Source: Octopus bimaculoides
Taxonomy: Eukaryota
DNA length: 64,000 bases
Direction: 5' to 3'
Assembly (NCBI RefSeq): GCF_001194135.2
Contig: NC_068992.1
Location: 52,273,287-52,337,286 of the forward strand
Positions 14,020 to 27,015 of the stretch are shown in pieces. Positions within the stretch are counted from its first letter, which is position 1. Every line of letters starts with the position of its first letter. Made by a program: the position numbers and the translations under genes. The notes under the pieces are model-generated. The model saw nothing but the letters and a program-made list of their open reading frames with translations. It had not been told where the DNA came from and ran no database searches.

Positions 14020-14270
14020 AAGCATTGGTGTAGGTGCCGGTGCCACATTAAAAGCAGAGGGTGCCATATAAAAAGTACCCAGTACAATCTGTAGAGAGCT
14101 TGGCATTAGGAAGGGTATCCAGCTGGAGAAACCAGACCAAAACAGGCAATGGAACCTGGTGTGGCCCCCTAGACTTACTAGCTCCAGTCAAGCCACCTAA
14201 CCCATTCCAACTTGGAAAACCGACGTTAAATGTTATTCTTGTTGTTGTTGATGGTGATGATGATGATGAG
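14020..14270 (+). mobile_element. RTE 3' UTR fragment with (GAT)n tail
   Basis: ttggcattaggaagggtatccagc..gaaaaccgacgttaaatg..gatgatgat. Confidence 0.75.
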
Positions 14271-15174
14271 GCTACATATACCCTGACAGACATGATACAT
14301 CACAACACGATTTCAACCAAACACAACACTTTGCTCAATCATTCGTCCCTACCACCATCCAGAAGTTTTAATTGAATATCAACAGCAATAATCATATCAG
14401 TCTGGAAACATCATAAGCTAATACTACTAATAATAATAATAATAAAAAGTAAAAGGAAATGGAGCAGATTTCTTTATATTCCTGTGTATTATACTTTGCA
14501 CATGATCAACTTCTTTTCAGATAAGTTTCTCACATTTTCAGCTCAAAGACAAAGAAAAAAAAAATCAGATCTTCATGTAACAAAATATTCAACTCCAAAT
14601 TCAATAGAATATTTTGAGGGAAAATGTGTAACATTAAGAGTTATATAACATTACAGAGAACTGGCAAGGAAAATGACAGAATAATATCACACACTTAGTT
14701 ATACACAATAGCTGTTACTTCAACTTGTCATTTTATCGAATATTGTAACTCTCAGCATCTCAGAACATACAATCTTGTCACCTTTTAATTTGAATACAAA
14801 ACTTGATATGTAGTAGAATAGTCAACAAGCAAAAAAAAAAAAAAAAAAAAAAGATAATAATTGTAATAAAATAAATAAATAAACTAGCAAAAAATACATA
14901 GACATACAAAAAAAAAATTAAATAATAGATAGAAGAGTTGTCAAACATAAAAACTTCCATAAATATATCTACTTTTCATAAAAGTTTTACTCTGTTCGTG
15001 AATATTAATAGTATTTTTGACTGTATTATAGAGAAAATTTATATTTATTACTGTGAATTTATATTAAGGAAAAAAAAGCATCATTTTAGTGATTAAGATA
15101 AACAGTAACATACATACACACACACAAATGCATATATATACATAAACATATATATATAAATATATATGTCTTTA

Positions 15175-15285
<111 letters not shown>

Positions 15286-16117
15286 TTATTGTCCTATTGA
15301 AACAAATATTTATATTTGCATATCTGTTTGCCTATGTATATCTGTGCACGTGTGTTTGTGTGTGTGTGTGTGCGTGCATGTATGCATGTGCACACGTGCG
15401 TGTGTGTGTGTGTGTGCGTGTGCGTGCATGCATGCATGTGCACACGTGCGTGTGTGTGTGTGCGTGCCTGTAAAAGAGGAGCTGAAGATTGACAAGAATT
15501 TATAGAAAGGAAAAAGGAAAAAGGAAAAAAAAACAAAACAAAAAAGATGTATGCTTGTGTTGTATTGAATGATTTATTCTGATAGCACACAAAACGAAAA
15601 TAAAAATCTTTAAATATTCCTTTATAATAGATTAAAGGATAAGAAATTTCTAAAATGAATATGTAATTTCTTAACATTGTTGATAGATTCATACAGCTGA
15701 GATGACAAATATTGTGACCAGTTTCAATACAACACAGTGAACTACTTTTACATTAGATTCTGATCATATGATTCTCTTTCATAAAATACTACAAATAAAT
15801 AAATAAATAGAACATGATTATATGATGTCCTAATACATTCCCTGGCATCAATAGGCACCTGCTATTTTAAATATTTCCTTAGATTTGTAAAAGTGTATGA
15901 GAGCAATCAAATTCGCCAGTGGCCCACAATAATATGTCTTTGATATAAGAAATGCAGACAGCTATTGTAATTAACTGTCTACTTTCTAGAATGTATCATT
16001 GTTAATCTATAATTTTTCAGGTCATTAACTTAATCTTTAGAAATGAAAACTGTTTTGGTATTTAAAAAGGCTTTAATATCTACATCAACAATATGCTTCA
16101 ATCAGGCATTGCTAAAG

Positions 16118-16270
16118 ATGTAGGTATGGTTGCAAGATAGCGAAGTTTGCTCCAGCCACATACTTTTGGGTTCAGTTCCACTGCACAGCATATTGGGCAA
16201 GTTTCTTCTACTACTGCCTCAAGTCAACCACAACTTTTTGACTGAACAGACACTGAAATAGTGCAATCAC
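16118..16270 (+). mobile_element. Degenerate SINE-A 5' part
   Basis: Similar to 44850-45010. Confidence 0.6.
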
Positions 16271-16382
16271 TCTCTCTCTCTTTCTCTCTCCTTCTCTGTC
16301 TTTCAATATATATATATATGTATGCATGTATATATACACATACATACACACACACACATATATATATATATATATCTGTATA

Positions 16383-16439
<57 letters not shown>

Positions 16440-16546
16440 ATAATTAAGGGATCAGCAAACATTTGCTTCACCACATACCGAAGTTCAGAAATAGCAGCTA
16501 AAAAAGCTGAGACTCCGACAGATAGCATTACTTTACAACTAGAATA

Positions 16547-16603
16547 TCATACCGATGAAGGAAATGGAGTGTTATCGCTCATAATCCAGAAACGCGTCTA
16601 TGA
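16547..16603 (+). ncRNA. Type I hammerhead ribozyme motif (U4C variant), truncated by an assembly gap
   Basis: Helix I tcata/tatga (16547-51/16599-603), core CCGATGA 16552-58, helix II gga..gagtg-ttat-cgctc..tcc, GAAA 16589-92, palindromic helix III ACGCGT, GTC cleavage triplet ending 16598. Confidence 0.75.
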
Positions 16604-17415
16604 NNNNNNNNNNNNNNNNNNNNNNNNNNNNNNNNNNNNNNNNNNNNNNNNNNNNNNNNNNNNNNNNNNNNNNNNNNNNNNNNNNNNNNNNNNNNNNNNN
16701 NNNNNNNNNNNNNNNNNNNNNNNNNNNNNNNNNNNNNNNNNNNNNNNNNNNNNNNNNNNNNNNNNNNNNNNNNNNNNNNNNNNNNNNNNNNNNNNNNNNN
16801 NNNNNNNNNNNNNNNNNNNNNNNNNNNNNNNNNNNNNNNNNNNNNNNNNNNNNNNNNNNNNNNNNNNNNNNNNNNNNNNNNNNNNNNNNNNNNNNNNNNN
16901 NNNNNNNNNNNNNNNNNNNNNNNNNNNNNNNNNNNNNNNNNNNNNNNNNNNNNNNNNNNNNNNNNNNNNNNNNNNNNNNNNNNNNNNNNNNNNNNNNNNN
17001 NNNNNNNNNNNNNNNNNNNNNNNNNNNNNNNNNNNNNNNNNNNNNNNNNNNNNNNNNNNNNNNNNNNNNNNNNNNNNNNNNNNNNNNNNNNNNNNNNNNN
17101 NNNNNNNNNNNNNNNNNNNNNNNNNNNNNNNNNNNNNNNNNNNNNNNNNNNNNNNNNNNNNNNNNNNNNNNNNNNNNNNNNNNNNNNNNNNNNNNNNNNN
17201 NNNNNNNNNNNNNNNNNNNNNNNNNNNNNNNNNNNNNNNNNNNNNNNNNNNNNNNNNNNNNNNNNNNNNNNNNNNNNNNNNNNNNNNNNNNNNNNNNNNN
17301 NNNNNNNNNNNNNNNNNNNNNNNNNNNNNNNNNNNNNNNNNNNNNNNNNNNNNNNNNNNNNNNNNNNNNNNNNNNNNNNNNNNNNNNNNNNNNNNNNNNN
17401 NNNNNNNNNNNNNNN

Positions 17416-17563
17416 CAGGCTTCTTGCAGTTTCCATCTACCAAATCCACTCACAAGGCTTTGGTCGGCTTGAGGCTATAGTAGAAGACAGTTGCCCAAGG
17501 TGTCACGCAGTGGGACTGAACCCCGAACCATGTGGTTGGTAAGCAAGCTACTTACCACACAGC
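17416..17563 (-). mobile_element. SINE-A 5' part (identical to 17931 onward; probable assembly duplicate)
   Basis: Reverse complement of the SINE-A head; lies between two N gaps. Confidence 0.8.
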
Positions 17564-17841
17564 TAAAACATTTTCAGGATGGTTCTCCAGCATGACCACA
17601 GTCTAATGACAGAAACATTTCTTTTTAAACAAAGAAAGATAACAGTCTCATTCTCTNNNNNNNNNNAGTCTCTAAGGAAGTTATAAGGTGTCAGTCAATT
17701 ACTCAACCATGAGTTCACTGCATTGTATAGCAGAAACAGTTGTAAGCTAATGAAGTTCATAAAATAATTTCTTTTTCCTTTGTCATCCCATTTTCTTATA
17801 AATATATACATGTGTATGTGTGTGAGTGTATATATATATAT

Positions 17842-18076
17842 ACAAGCAATGTCAAGCGATGCTGCGGGGATAAACACAGACACAAACATGTACACACACA
17901 TACATACACATATATATATACATATATACAACAGGCTTCTTGCAGTTTCCATCTACCAAATCCACTCACAAGGCTTTGGTCGGCTTGAGGCTATAGTAGA
18001 AGACAGTTGCCCAAGGTGTCACGCAGTGGGACTGAACCCCGAACCATGTGGTTGGTAAGCAAGCTACTTACCACAC
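17842..18076 (-). mobile_element. SINE-A with central (CA)/(TA) tract
   Basis: Head at right, microsatellite in the middle, start of the 3' module (caagcgatgctgcggggataaacacagacac) at left. Confidence 0.8.
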
Positions 18077-18576
18077 AGCTAAAACATTTTCAGGATGGTT
18101 CTCCAGCATGACCACAGTCTAATGACAGAAACATTTCTTTTTAAACAAAGAAAGATAACAGTCTCATTCTCTCATTCTCGATGGTCATATGAGGTTAAAA
18201 ATATTACAAGAAATTGTCATCATAATGTACCAATTTTTTAGTGAATAAATAAAACAAATCATTTCTGCCAAAAATATTCAGTTGTCATAACGAAGTGTAG
18301 AAAGTGGTGAAAGGGTTAGGAAATTGTTGCCTCAGTTAGTTAATCTGTCAGTATTTACATTTTTAAAGTACTGGAAATTTATTTTTACCAATCTATATCT
18401 CACATTCAAGAAAGTCTACTTAGAAGTTTTACTGTGTCAGTAAACATTGTCTCAAGTATCATGTAGAGAAAGTACATCCCAGGAAAAACAAAAATCTAAA
18501 TGAATGATAGTGAGAAATTAGTATTGGAAGAGTAGAGAAAGAAGAAAGAATAGAGAAAGGAAAAGGCAAGAAAGGA

Positions 18577-18617
<41 letters not shown>

Positions 18618-19071
18618 NNNNNNNNNNAGAGAGAGAGAGAGAGAGAGAGAGAGAGTGTGTGTGTGTGTGTGTGAAAGTTTAAGGATGAAGTTAGAAGAGA
18701 AAGTAAGTTAAAAAAGATGAAATGAAAAAGGAAATGAGGACGGAGAAGACAGGGAAGTAACATGAGGAAGGGGAGTAAGAGAAGGAGAAACAGGGATGTG
18801 GAGTGATAGAGGGAAAAAATGGAAACAAGCAAAATGGGAATGAGAGGTGGAGAGATTGAGAGGTGAGGAATGGGAGCAGAGGAGAGTAAAGGAGAAATGA
18901 AAATTGAAAGCAGAGAATGGAAAAGTAGGACGGAAGAGATATGAAAGATGAGAAAAATAGCAGTGAGAAGAAAAGGAATAAAAAGATGAAGGTTTAAAGT
19001 TTGAATCAGACCAGCTTAGTGTTCTTCAGACTAATTAATTCATGCTTCAACAATAGTAAAAAGGCTAATTA

Positions 19072-19927
19072 CACACAGTGTTCAGGTTAAACTTGACAGT
19101 TTGCATAAAAGAGAAAAAAAGTACGCAATCTCACGTCCAAATATTTTAGAAAAATCAGAAAATATTAACTAGATTATGACAGGGAGATAACAGTTTACTC
19201 AAAGTTGCTACCCTCAGCTTTCACCACAATCTCAAGAAGGCCCCAGAACATAGTTCATGCATTCCTCATTGTATCCCAGGGAAGATTTTCAAATATCTCC
19301 TTGGTTTTGGCCACTAGCTCATCCTTGGTCGTGTTGCAGGCTGAGTGCTTGGTGCCATTCTCAACTGCACTTCACACATAATAATCAGGCTAGTGAAGTC
19401 ATAGTGATTCTCTAACAACCACGTCTGGGGGTACAGCAAGGGATCAAATCCTGCTGCCATACATATATCCTTCCAGCAACAATCCACTCCAGTTACAGAT
19501 TGACCACAATCTCCAGCAGTTTCACATAGTCATCAGAATTGGACCTAAATCTCCATTCTATGATGTTGGGCAGCAGGACGTCACCCTCGCTGGAGACACA
19601 TCCAAAGACCGACACAGTTTGGGGGACCTGGTTTTCGTGATAACCAGGACATGTCTATGTCATGTTATACAGCCTTTATGACATTCACAGAGCTCTGAGC
19701 AACAGTCATGACGTTAGCATCTTGATACCCAGTCCAAATAATCATTTTGATGCAGTTGACTCTTTTCCAATATTCAAATGGTTTCCAGTCCTCCATGCCA
19801 ACTAAAATTTTCTCAACTACAACTTTAATCTTTATGCTCCTCAGCATCATTGACTGTTTACCAATACATCAAGTTTTTCTGGAAGAAAAGGACATAAAAA
19901 ATCGTCAAATTTGACTCAAACAGCTGT
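19072..19927 (-). mobile_element. Internally deleted maT/DD37D-like Tc1/mariner element with both degenerate TIRs
   Basis: N-terminus MEDWKPFEYWKRVNC (ATG 19796) fused to TVSVFGCVSSEGDV..WQQD and C-terminus ..IVVKAEGSNFE* (stop 19195-97). Ends acagtgttcaggttaaacttgacag and (reverse complement) acagctgtttgagtcaaatttgacg. Confidence 0.85.
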
Positions 19928-21009
19928 TTTCTGGAGATTTTCACATCTTAACAGGGGATGAAGATCATTGATTATATTGGAAGAAACATACAATATAAAA
20001 TTCACGATCTACTTAAGCTAATAAAGAAGAGAGATTCCTGGTGTGGTGTTGTGAAATGCTTCTCAGTTGTAGCTGATTGTAGAAAAAAAGAGAGAAGATT
20101 AGCAAATATCTTTCAAGGTGGTTGTTGCAAATGTAAGAGGATATTAAAAAGAGCAAGGCATTTCAATGAATTCATTAAATGTGTTTTTGGTTTAAGTTCT
20201 ACAGAGGTAGATTTTGCCCAAGGTTGATTCACTACTCTATATCGTCCTGTCTATGAACTTGAGGATAATAAATGAGAAGTGTAAAGTATACAGCTAAAAA
20301 AAAAAAAGAGAATAGTTGGATAAAGCTGATATGTATTCCAACAGAATGGTACACAAGAATAAGCTTTTTGAAATAAATAAAAGAGAATAGAAAGGAAACG
20401 TAAGAAGTGCCACAAATACATAGCTTAATCAATTGTGTTTAAAATTCAGAGCTAGTTCTATTATAAAACATAAGTGTCTTTTATTCATTGTCAAACAGAA
20501 GTTGAGTTATTTTTATTAATTCTATTCCAAAATAGTTGGCTTGAAAAGTAAGAAGATTAGTGTCTAAGACTTTGATGTGCAAAATTAAGGATGAATTTAC
20601 AAGAATTCTTAAAATATTTTCTGAATAGACAAAATAAGAAGAGACCGGGGTATAAATCTATTCTAAACTGCAAATACATTAAATTGGTTTATAAGAACAA
20701 CAAAAATACAGTTTTTGAAAATATTTTTTTTAAGCATGGTCATGTCAATCCTTTCTCTTCATTTAAATGGTGATAGTGTTTAACCATTCAAAGGATAAAG
20801 GCTGTTATGCACCTATATCCTTAATTCATATCTCTTATACAGTATTTGCAGCAACAATAAATTAAGTGTTGTAATTTGATTTGATTGCTTAAATGTCCAC
20901 TCAGGGATTTCTTAAGCTGTTGTCAGTAGAATGTCCAGATGTTTGACCAGAAGTGCAGGCATAGTTTTGTTGTTTTCAATCTTCCGTAAAATACAGGGAA
21001 ATAATATCT

Positions 21010-21230
21010 TGCTTGGCAACATGGAGGGCATCTAGCCATAGAAAATCTGCCTCGACATATTCTATGTGACTCATGTGAGCATTGGAAGAGTGACCATTAA
21101 AGCAAAAAACACGATGACAATGATGACAAAAATGATGGCGATGATGACGACAATAATTATGACAATGCTGATGATGCGGACTATGATGACGACAACGAAG
21201 ACAAAGATGATGATGATGATGATGATGCCG
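21010..21230 (+). mobile_element. Short RTE-type 3' end with expanded (GAT/GAC)n tail
   Basis: gagggcatctagccatagaaaatctgcctc, also present at 30295-30345. Confidence 0.6.
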
Positions 21231-22490
21231 AATATGAACCAGCATAGATGTTGCATAAACCTAACATTTCTATGAAATTTCTGTAAGTAAAAACTTTGTA
21301 TGACCCAAAATAATAGTTTTTCAGAAACTATCGTTTTGGATCTCTTATTTTGGATACTTTTTGTAAGATAAATGAGAAAGATGTTTATTTAAATTCAAGT
21401 GCAAATGTCAATATTGCAAAGAAGGTTTTTAGTCTTATTACTTATGCACTCTACTCATGTTCCAGATAGAAATATCTTATATGAAGTTGTATTTGGTTTC
21501 TGTGATAATTCTTTATGGTGCTAATTCTACATTTTAGCATTGGAATTTTTTTTTAACAAAAGGATCTAATATGAATGAAGATATCATTCATAAAAATAAT
21601 ATGAATTTCCAATAAGATAAATTTCCAATGAGAAAGTGAAATATATCTTTGAAGGCAACAAGTATATAATATTATCAGATAAGAAATTGATAGTTGAGGT
21701 ATTAAAAGACAAGGAAAAATAGCTACATTTTGAAGATTATAGAAGAAGATACAAAGTGATTTTCCCAAAGATGTATTACCCTCTACTGTGAAAATGTTCT
21801 CATCAATCAATACACATGCTGGTTAAAGAGGAGCTTAATTTTCTGCAAATCTGAGAAATTTTCTTAACCTTATTCAGGATTATATCATAAAGGTACAAAA
21901 AAAAAAAAAGGAATTGCTTTTCATAATTTTATTATCTGCCTTGACATTCTTGTTATTTGTTACATAATTCAACAATTTATTAATTTTACATGTTCATCTA
22001 TTTTGTATCAACTTGCTGTTCAGAATCAAAAAATTTTCAAGTCTGACCATGAGAATACCTTCCACCTTCAATCTTACCACTTTATCATAGAACAGTCCTT
22101 TCTCTTACCTAGCCAAATTGTTTTGATTTCCAGCCAACATCCTACACAGAGAATACCTTCAGTAATTCACTGCAAATATTTTGCTATATAGCATCGTGCT
22201 TCTTATTTCTAATATAAATACTTTTCTATAATGAAGTAGTGGAATAAATTTCTTAAAATTTATTTCCAGCTCTGATCATCTATGCTGTAATTAACTTCAT
22301 TAATATTATATAGAAAATAAACTGATCTGGCATTTCTATAGCAAGCTGCTTGGAATATTTATGATTCTTAACGTCTTCCACCATATTCTACAACTTTCCT
22401 TCTGCACTGAGTACAACAGTTCAAAATTGGAAGAAATCAGATCACTGTGAAGAAAAGGAAAGTCAAAATTGGTGAATGGAGCTTTACCTT

Positions 22491-22880
22491 TTGTTGTTGT
22501 TGGCACTTCATCATTTATGACGTCGAGGGTTCCAGCTGATCCAATCAAAGGAACAGCCTGCTCATGAAATTAACGTGCAAGTGGCTGAGCACTCCACAGA
22601 CACGTGTACCCTTAACGTAGTTCTCGGGTATATTCAGCGTGACACATGGGTGACAAGGCTGGCTCTTTGAATTACAGGCACAACAGAAACAGGAAGTAAG
22701 AGTGAGAGAAAGTTGTGGTGGAAGAGTACAGCAGGGTTCGCCACCATCCCTTGCCAGAGCCTCGTGGAGCCATTAGGTGTTTTCGCTCAATAAACACTCA
22801 CAATGCCCAGTCTGGGAATCGAAACCACGATCCTATGACCGCGAGTCCGCTGCCCTAACCACTGGGCGATTGCGCCTCTA
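22491..22880 (-). mobile_element. Full-length tRNA-Arg-derived (OR-type) SINE with (CAA)n tail and 13-bp TSD
   Basis: Head with TCG anticodon-like loop and A/B boxes; ggagctttacctt at 22478-22490 and 22882-22894. Confidence 0.9.
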
Positions 22881-23371
22881 CGGAGCTTTACCTTAGACAA
22901 ATAAGATATTATCAAATAGCTTGAAATTAATTAGTTAGATTTACTCTGCCCCGCAGCTAACGAATTTGTTCCATTTATAACAAGTTTCTAAACTCTATAT
23001 ACTGATGCTGGTTATTTCTAGGTTTTTTGATCCTGCTGCTCTGTAGCTTATCTTAATAAACTTGTTACATCTGTTTAGATTATGAAAATTAGATATCTGT
23101 TTTATCAGCAGAATTAACTTTCAGAATCTAAATGAAAAAATAAAAAAGGTATTATAGTTTACAATGCAAGACATTTTTATCTCAATAGAAAGTTGTTTTT
23201 TTCCATCTTCTAAGCTTAAAAAAGATATTAGTCGATGATAGGGGATGAGAAAATGCATTTGTAATCTCTGTAGAAATGATTAAAGAATATGAGATCCAGA
23301 AAGATATATTGGAGAATAAATAGTAATTTCTTATTAAGCTGAATACAAACCTGTACCTTTCAGGAACTCAG

Positions 23372-23768
23372 TCATCATCATCATCGTTCGTTAACATCCG
23401 CTTTCCATGCTGGCATGGGTTAGACGATTTGACTAAGGACTGGCAAGCCATATGGCTGCACCAGGCTCCAATCTGATCTGGCAGAGTTTCTACAGCTGGA
23501 TGCCCTTCCTAATGCCAATCACTCCGAGAGTGTAGTGGGTGCTTTTACGTGCCACTGGCATGAGGGCCAGTCAGGCGGTACTGGCAACGGGCATGTTCAA
23601 ATGGTGTTTTTTATGTGCCACCTGCACAGGAGACAGTCCAGCGGCACTGGCAATGACGTCACTCGAATGTTCTTTCATGTGCCACCGGCACAAGTGCCAG
23701 TAAAGCAATGCTGGTAACGATCACACTCAAATGGTGCTTTTACGTGCCACTGGCATAGAAGCCAGTCA
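23372..23768 (-). mobile_element. RTE 3' UTR with ~67-bp internal tandem units
   Basis: Reverse complement of the 41729-42053 type; (CAT)n tail at left. Confidence 0.85.
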
Positions 23769-24515
23769 AAATGTTCAAAACAGATGCATTTTTTGGCTCT
23801 AAAGAGAAACTCTAGGTTAATAATATACAGGAACCTTGATAATAAGTAATTTTTGAAATATGATTTTGACACTATAAACATGTGTTCATGAAACAAATAC
23901 AAGTGTCGTAAAAAGGATATTATATTAGTTGCTGCTGCAAGTCACAAAACATTATTGCAAGAAATAAAATATGAAAATAAAATAAAATAAGAAAAATCAA
24001 GAAAGAAAATATCAAAAATTAAAAGCAAAAAAAAAAATCAAAACAAATAAAAACAAAAGAAGAAAAAAAACATTTGCGTTATTTCTGATAGCATGTATTG
24101 TATAATCTGAAATTACTGATATACATCTAAAATAAAAAAAAAGAGGAATATGATAAATGTAAATAATGCACATTGTATCTGAAGGAAACTGTTTTTATAT
24201 ATTTTAGATAAACATAATAAAACCCAATTATTTTGTAATTTCAAACATAGCAAACTCTACTTTCTTTGAATTTATTATAACAAATAAAAGCAAGTGTTGG
24301 ATGTTTAGTAATGTTTTCTTGCAAAAGAAGCCAAGATAAATTTTACAGTTTTCTTCAAAGGCGCTAGTTAAAGTTCCATTAATTTGTATAGTATTTCTTT
24401 TATTAATGCCGAAACTGTGATTCAGTGATGAATCCATATCAGTCTTTCTCTGGTCAATCAAACAAATTGACTGATATCGATTGAGTGTGTTGGATTGCTC
24501 TGAAATATCTGTCAG

Positions 24516-24658
24516 TTTACATTATTTACATTATTTACATTCGATGGATATTTGTCCTCATCTTGTTTGTTGATATACCCTCAAGCTTTTATCAGGTGTC
24601 TTGGGGAAATTTCGAACCTGGGTTCTCATTCCTAAGGTATTTTTCAATGTTGTTGTTG

Positions 24659-24690
<32 letters not shown>

Positions 24691-24794
24691 GTTGTTGTTG
24701 TTATTGTTATTGCTATTGTTCAGGTCACTGCTTGGAATCAAACTCGGAATCTTGGGGTTACTAGCCTGCACTCTTAACCACTATGACATATGCC
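24516..24794 (-). mobile_element. tRNA-headed short element with internal (AAT/AAC)n, a half hammerhead core and an (AATGTAAAT)n tail
   Basis: A box tgtcatagtggttaaga, B box gagtttgattcc, CTGATAA at 24595-24589, 9-bp tandem tail 24516-24541. Confidence 0.65.
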
Positions 24795-25944
24795 TGTGGG
24801 CATATGACGACAACAATGACAACAGTGACAGTGGTGATGATGATGATGATGATGATGATGATGACAATGATACCATTTTGGACAGTAACATGTTCAGCAT
24901 ATGGACCTGTTCAAGTTTTCTAATAGATATAATTAATTCATTAAAATCTTCAATTTGTGAAAGAAAAAAAAACACCTCCCAAAATCAATAAGGTCATTGG
25001 CAGAATCATAACATATCTATTGCTTGCTGGTCACCTGTGTTACTGGTTACATTCCTGAGAGCCTGCCATTCCATATTTTTAAACAAGACACTATAATCTT
25101 TTTCTGTGCTTTAAATATTTAATTCCATACCTTAAAACTGTGAAGTTTAAATCAAAGCAGTATTGATTTTTGCCTCTCATGGAAAATGTATCAGTTATAG
25201 ATTGAGGCCGTTTCAATTAACTATATTTTTACTCTACAATAATTAGCTACTGTAGCATTGTTCTAATGTGAGAAATGAATATTGATAATAAGAAATACAA
25301 TAATACAACTTAACTATTATCATTAATAATACACAGGAGAAATTCCCTGATCTTTGACAAAATAACACACGTGAAAAAAAAATTCAAATTTCTTTATATT
25401 TAAAAAAATATTGTAATATTACTATTGTTATTAATAATATTGTTTCATTATAATTATTTTCACTGCCAAATGTTTTCTTTTTCTTTTTTGTATCTTAGAA
25501 AATACTAAGATATTAAGAACTTTTATTCTCTGATATGATTTTTCATTTCCTTCATTTATGGTGTTGTAGTTAATTATCTCACATAATTATCTTTGAATGA
25601 AAAGGTAAAAAATTCTTAATCTATCAAATTATTAAATAATGAATAACCAAAAACTAAATCTGAGATTCAAATCGGAATTTTTTTTTTTTTTTTGTTAACT
25701 GACTTCCTTAAGGTGGCCGGATAGAACACAATGGATAGAGCACATAATGGAATTTCAAATTATCAAAGACTGTGTACAGATTTAAAGTAAAATTTTTTAT
25801 TTAATTGAGTTATCAGTGAGCTACATAGTTCCATGCTTTTAATTGTTTCAGTCACTGGACTGTGGCCATGTTGCACAGCGTTTGAAGATATTAACCCCAG
25901 TACCTATTTTAATACTGTTCTTTGTTCAATTAATCTTTTTTATT

Positions 25945-26500
25945 AAACATCCACTCAATGTAGCAATTCATTCAGAGCCTTTACATAGATTTGTTTAGAA
26001 AGAATGTAGCATGGAGAATGGGATCAGATGGATAAGTGCTTGATAAGGTGAAGCATGCATGGTGTTCTGTTGCATTTCTGCTATAATATGATTGAAATTA
26101 GCTTCTCCTGATGGCATATGCTACCGCAGCCTATAGAGTTGGAAAGATTTTTATCTTACATTATGCTTGACACTTCTGAATGTCCAATTATACATATATC
26201 CTGGACATTTTCTACAGCTGAACAAAATTATAGTCAGATTGAAAGCAGGGAGTTGTCCATAATTGTCCATAAATTATTGTGGTAAGAAGCTTCACCTGTT
26301 TTAACTCTGCCAGTTTACTATTATCACTGGTCATAAATATTTTCTTGGATTCCTTACTAAAAACAAATGAATTCCTTCAATGCCTGCCATTAGAATCGCA
26401 TGAAGGGTTCTACTTCTGTTGCTCCTCTTGCCATAATTCATTGTAGAAGGACATAAATAACAAAAATTGATGACTGTATGAATGCTTCTACTGAGCATTG
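25945..26500 (+). mobile_element. Gypsy/Ty3 pol relic (RT thumb-RNase H)
   Basis: Frameshifted peptides EPLHR..RKNVAWR, AYRVG..LSYIMLDTSECPI, SWTFSTAEQNYSQIE, KKLH..FTIITGHK..IPSMPAIRIA*RVLLL, matching SRTLTxAEQNYSQIEKE..KKFH..TDHKPL..RWALLL. Confidence 0.8.
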
Positions 26501-26670
26501 ATAATCAAACACCAAGTACGGATAAGCAATCTATTCTGTGCATGAGTAACATAGAGACCAGTTCAAACCCATTCTCATCAAAATTAGATTATTAGCCATT
26601 TATGATAGATCGCTGACCACTACATTTATATTTTTTTTCTCCTTGTTTCTCTCCTTATTTTTTTCTGTGT

Positions 26671-26707
26671 TCTTTCAGTTGAAGAGCGTAGCTCGAAATG
26701 TCAAAGA
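26671..26707 (+). ncRNA. Decayed minimal type I hammerhead motif in a ~200-bp (TA)n-abutting repeat
   Basis: Helix I tcttt/aaaga, core CAGTTGA plus extra A, helix II GAGC-gta-GCTC, GAAA, TGTC (likely from CGTC). Confidence 0.5.
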
Positions 26708-26814
26708 CCTTTTCTATTCCCAAGCGTTAAACTAATACATCTATTTGTTGTTTACACCACCTGTCTTCGTCTGCTGTTTTTTTCGTAAATTCTCCCATAT
26801 ATATATATGTGTAT

Positions 26815-27015
26815 GTGTGTTTGTGTTTGTCCCTGCCCCCCACCATCACTTGACAACTGATGCTGGTGTGTTTGCTTCCCCGTAACTTAGAAGAGACTGA
26901 TAGGATAAGTACTAGGCTTACAAAGAATAAGTCCTGGGGTCGATTTGCTCGACTAAAGGCGGTGCTCCAGCATGGCCGCAGTCAAATGACTGAAACAAGT
27001 AAAAAAGTAAAAGAG
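26815..27015 (+). mobile_element. SINE-A 3' module
   Basis: Close match to 45305-45510 (cttgacaac..gataagtactaggcttacaaagaataagtcctgggg..gactgaaacaagtaaaa). Confidence 0.85.

Noticed and set aside
17416-18171. Identical ~240-bp direct repeat (17416-17656 and 17931-18171)
   Set aside because: The first copy is a tiny contig between two N gaps and shows no differences from the second; most likely an assembly duplicate.
22109-22141. 33-nt minus-strand micro-exon with tgtag / gtaaga signals
   Set aside because: Such signal pairs arise by chance in 64 kb and there is no homology support.
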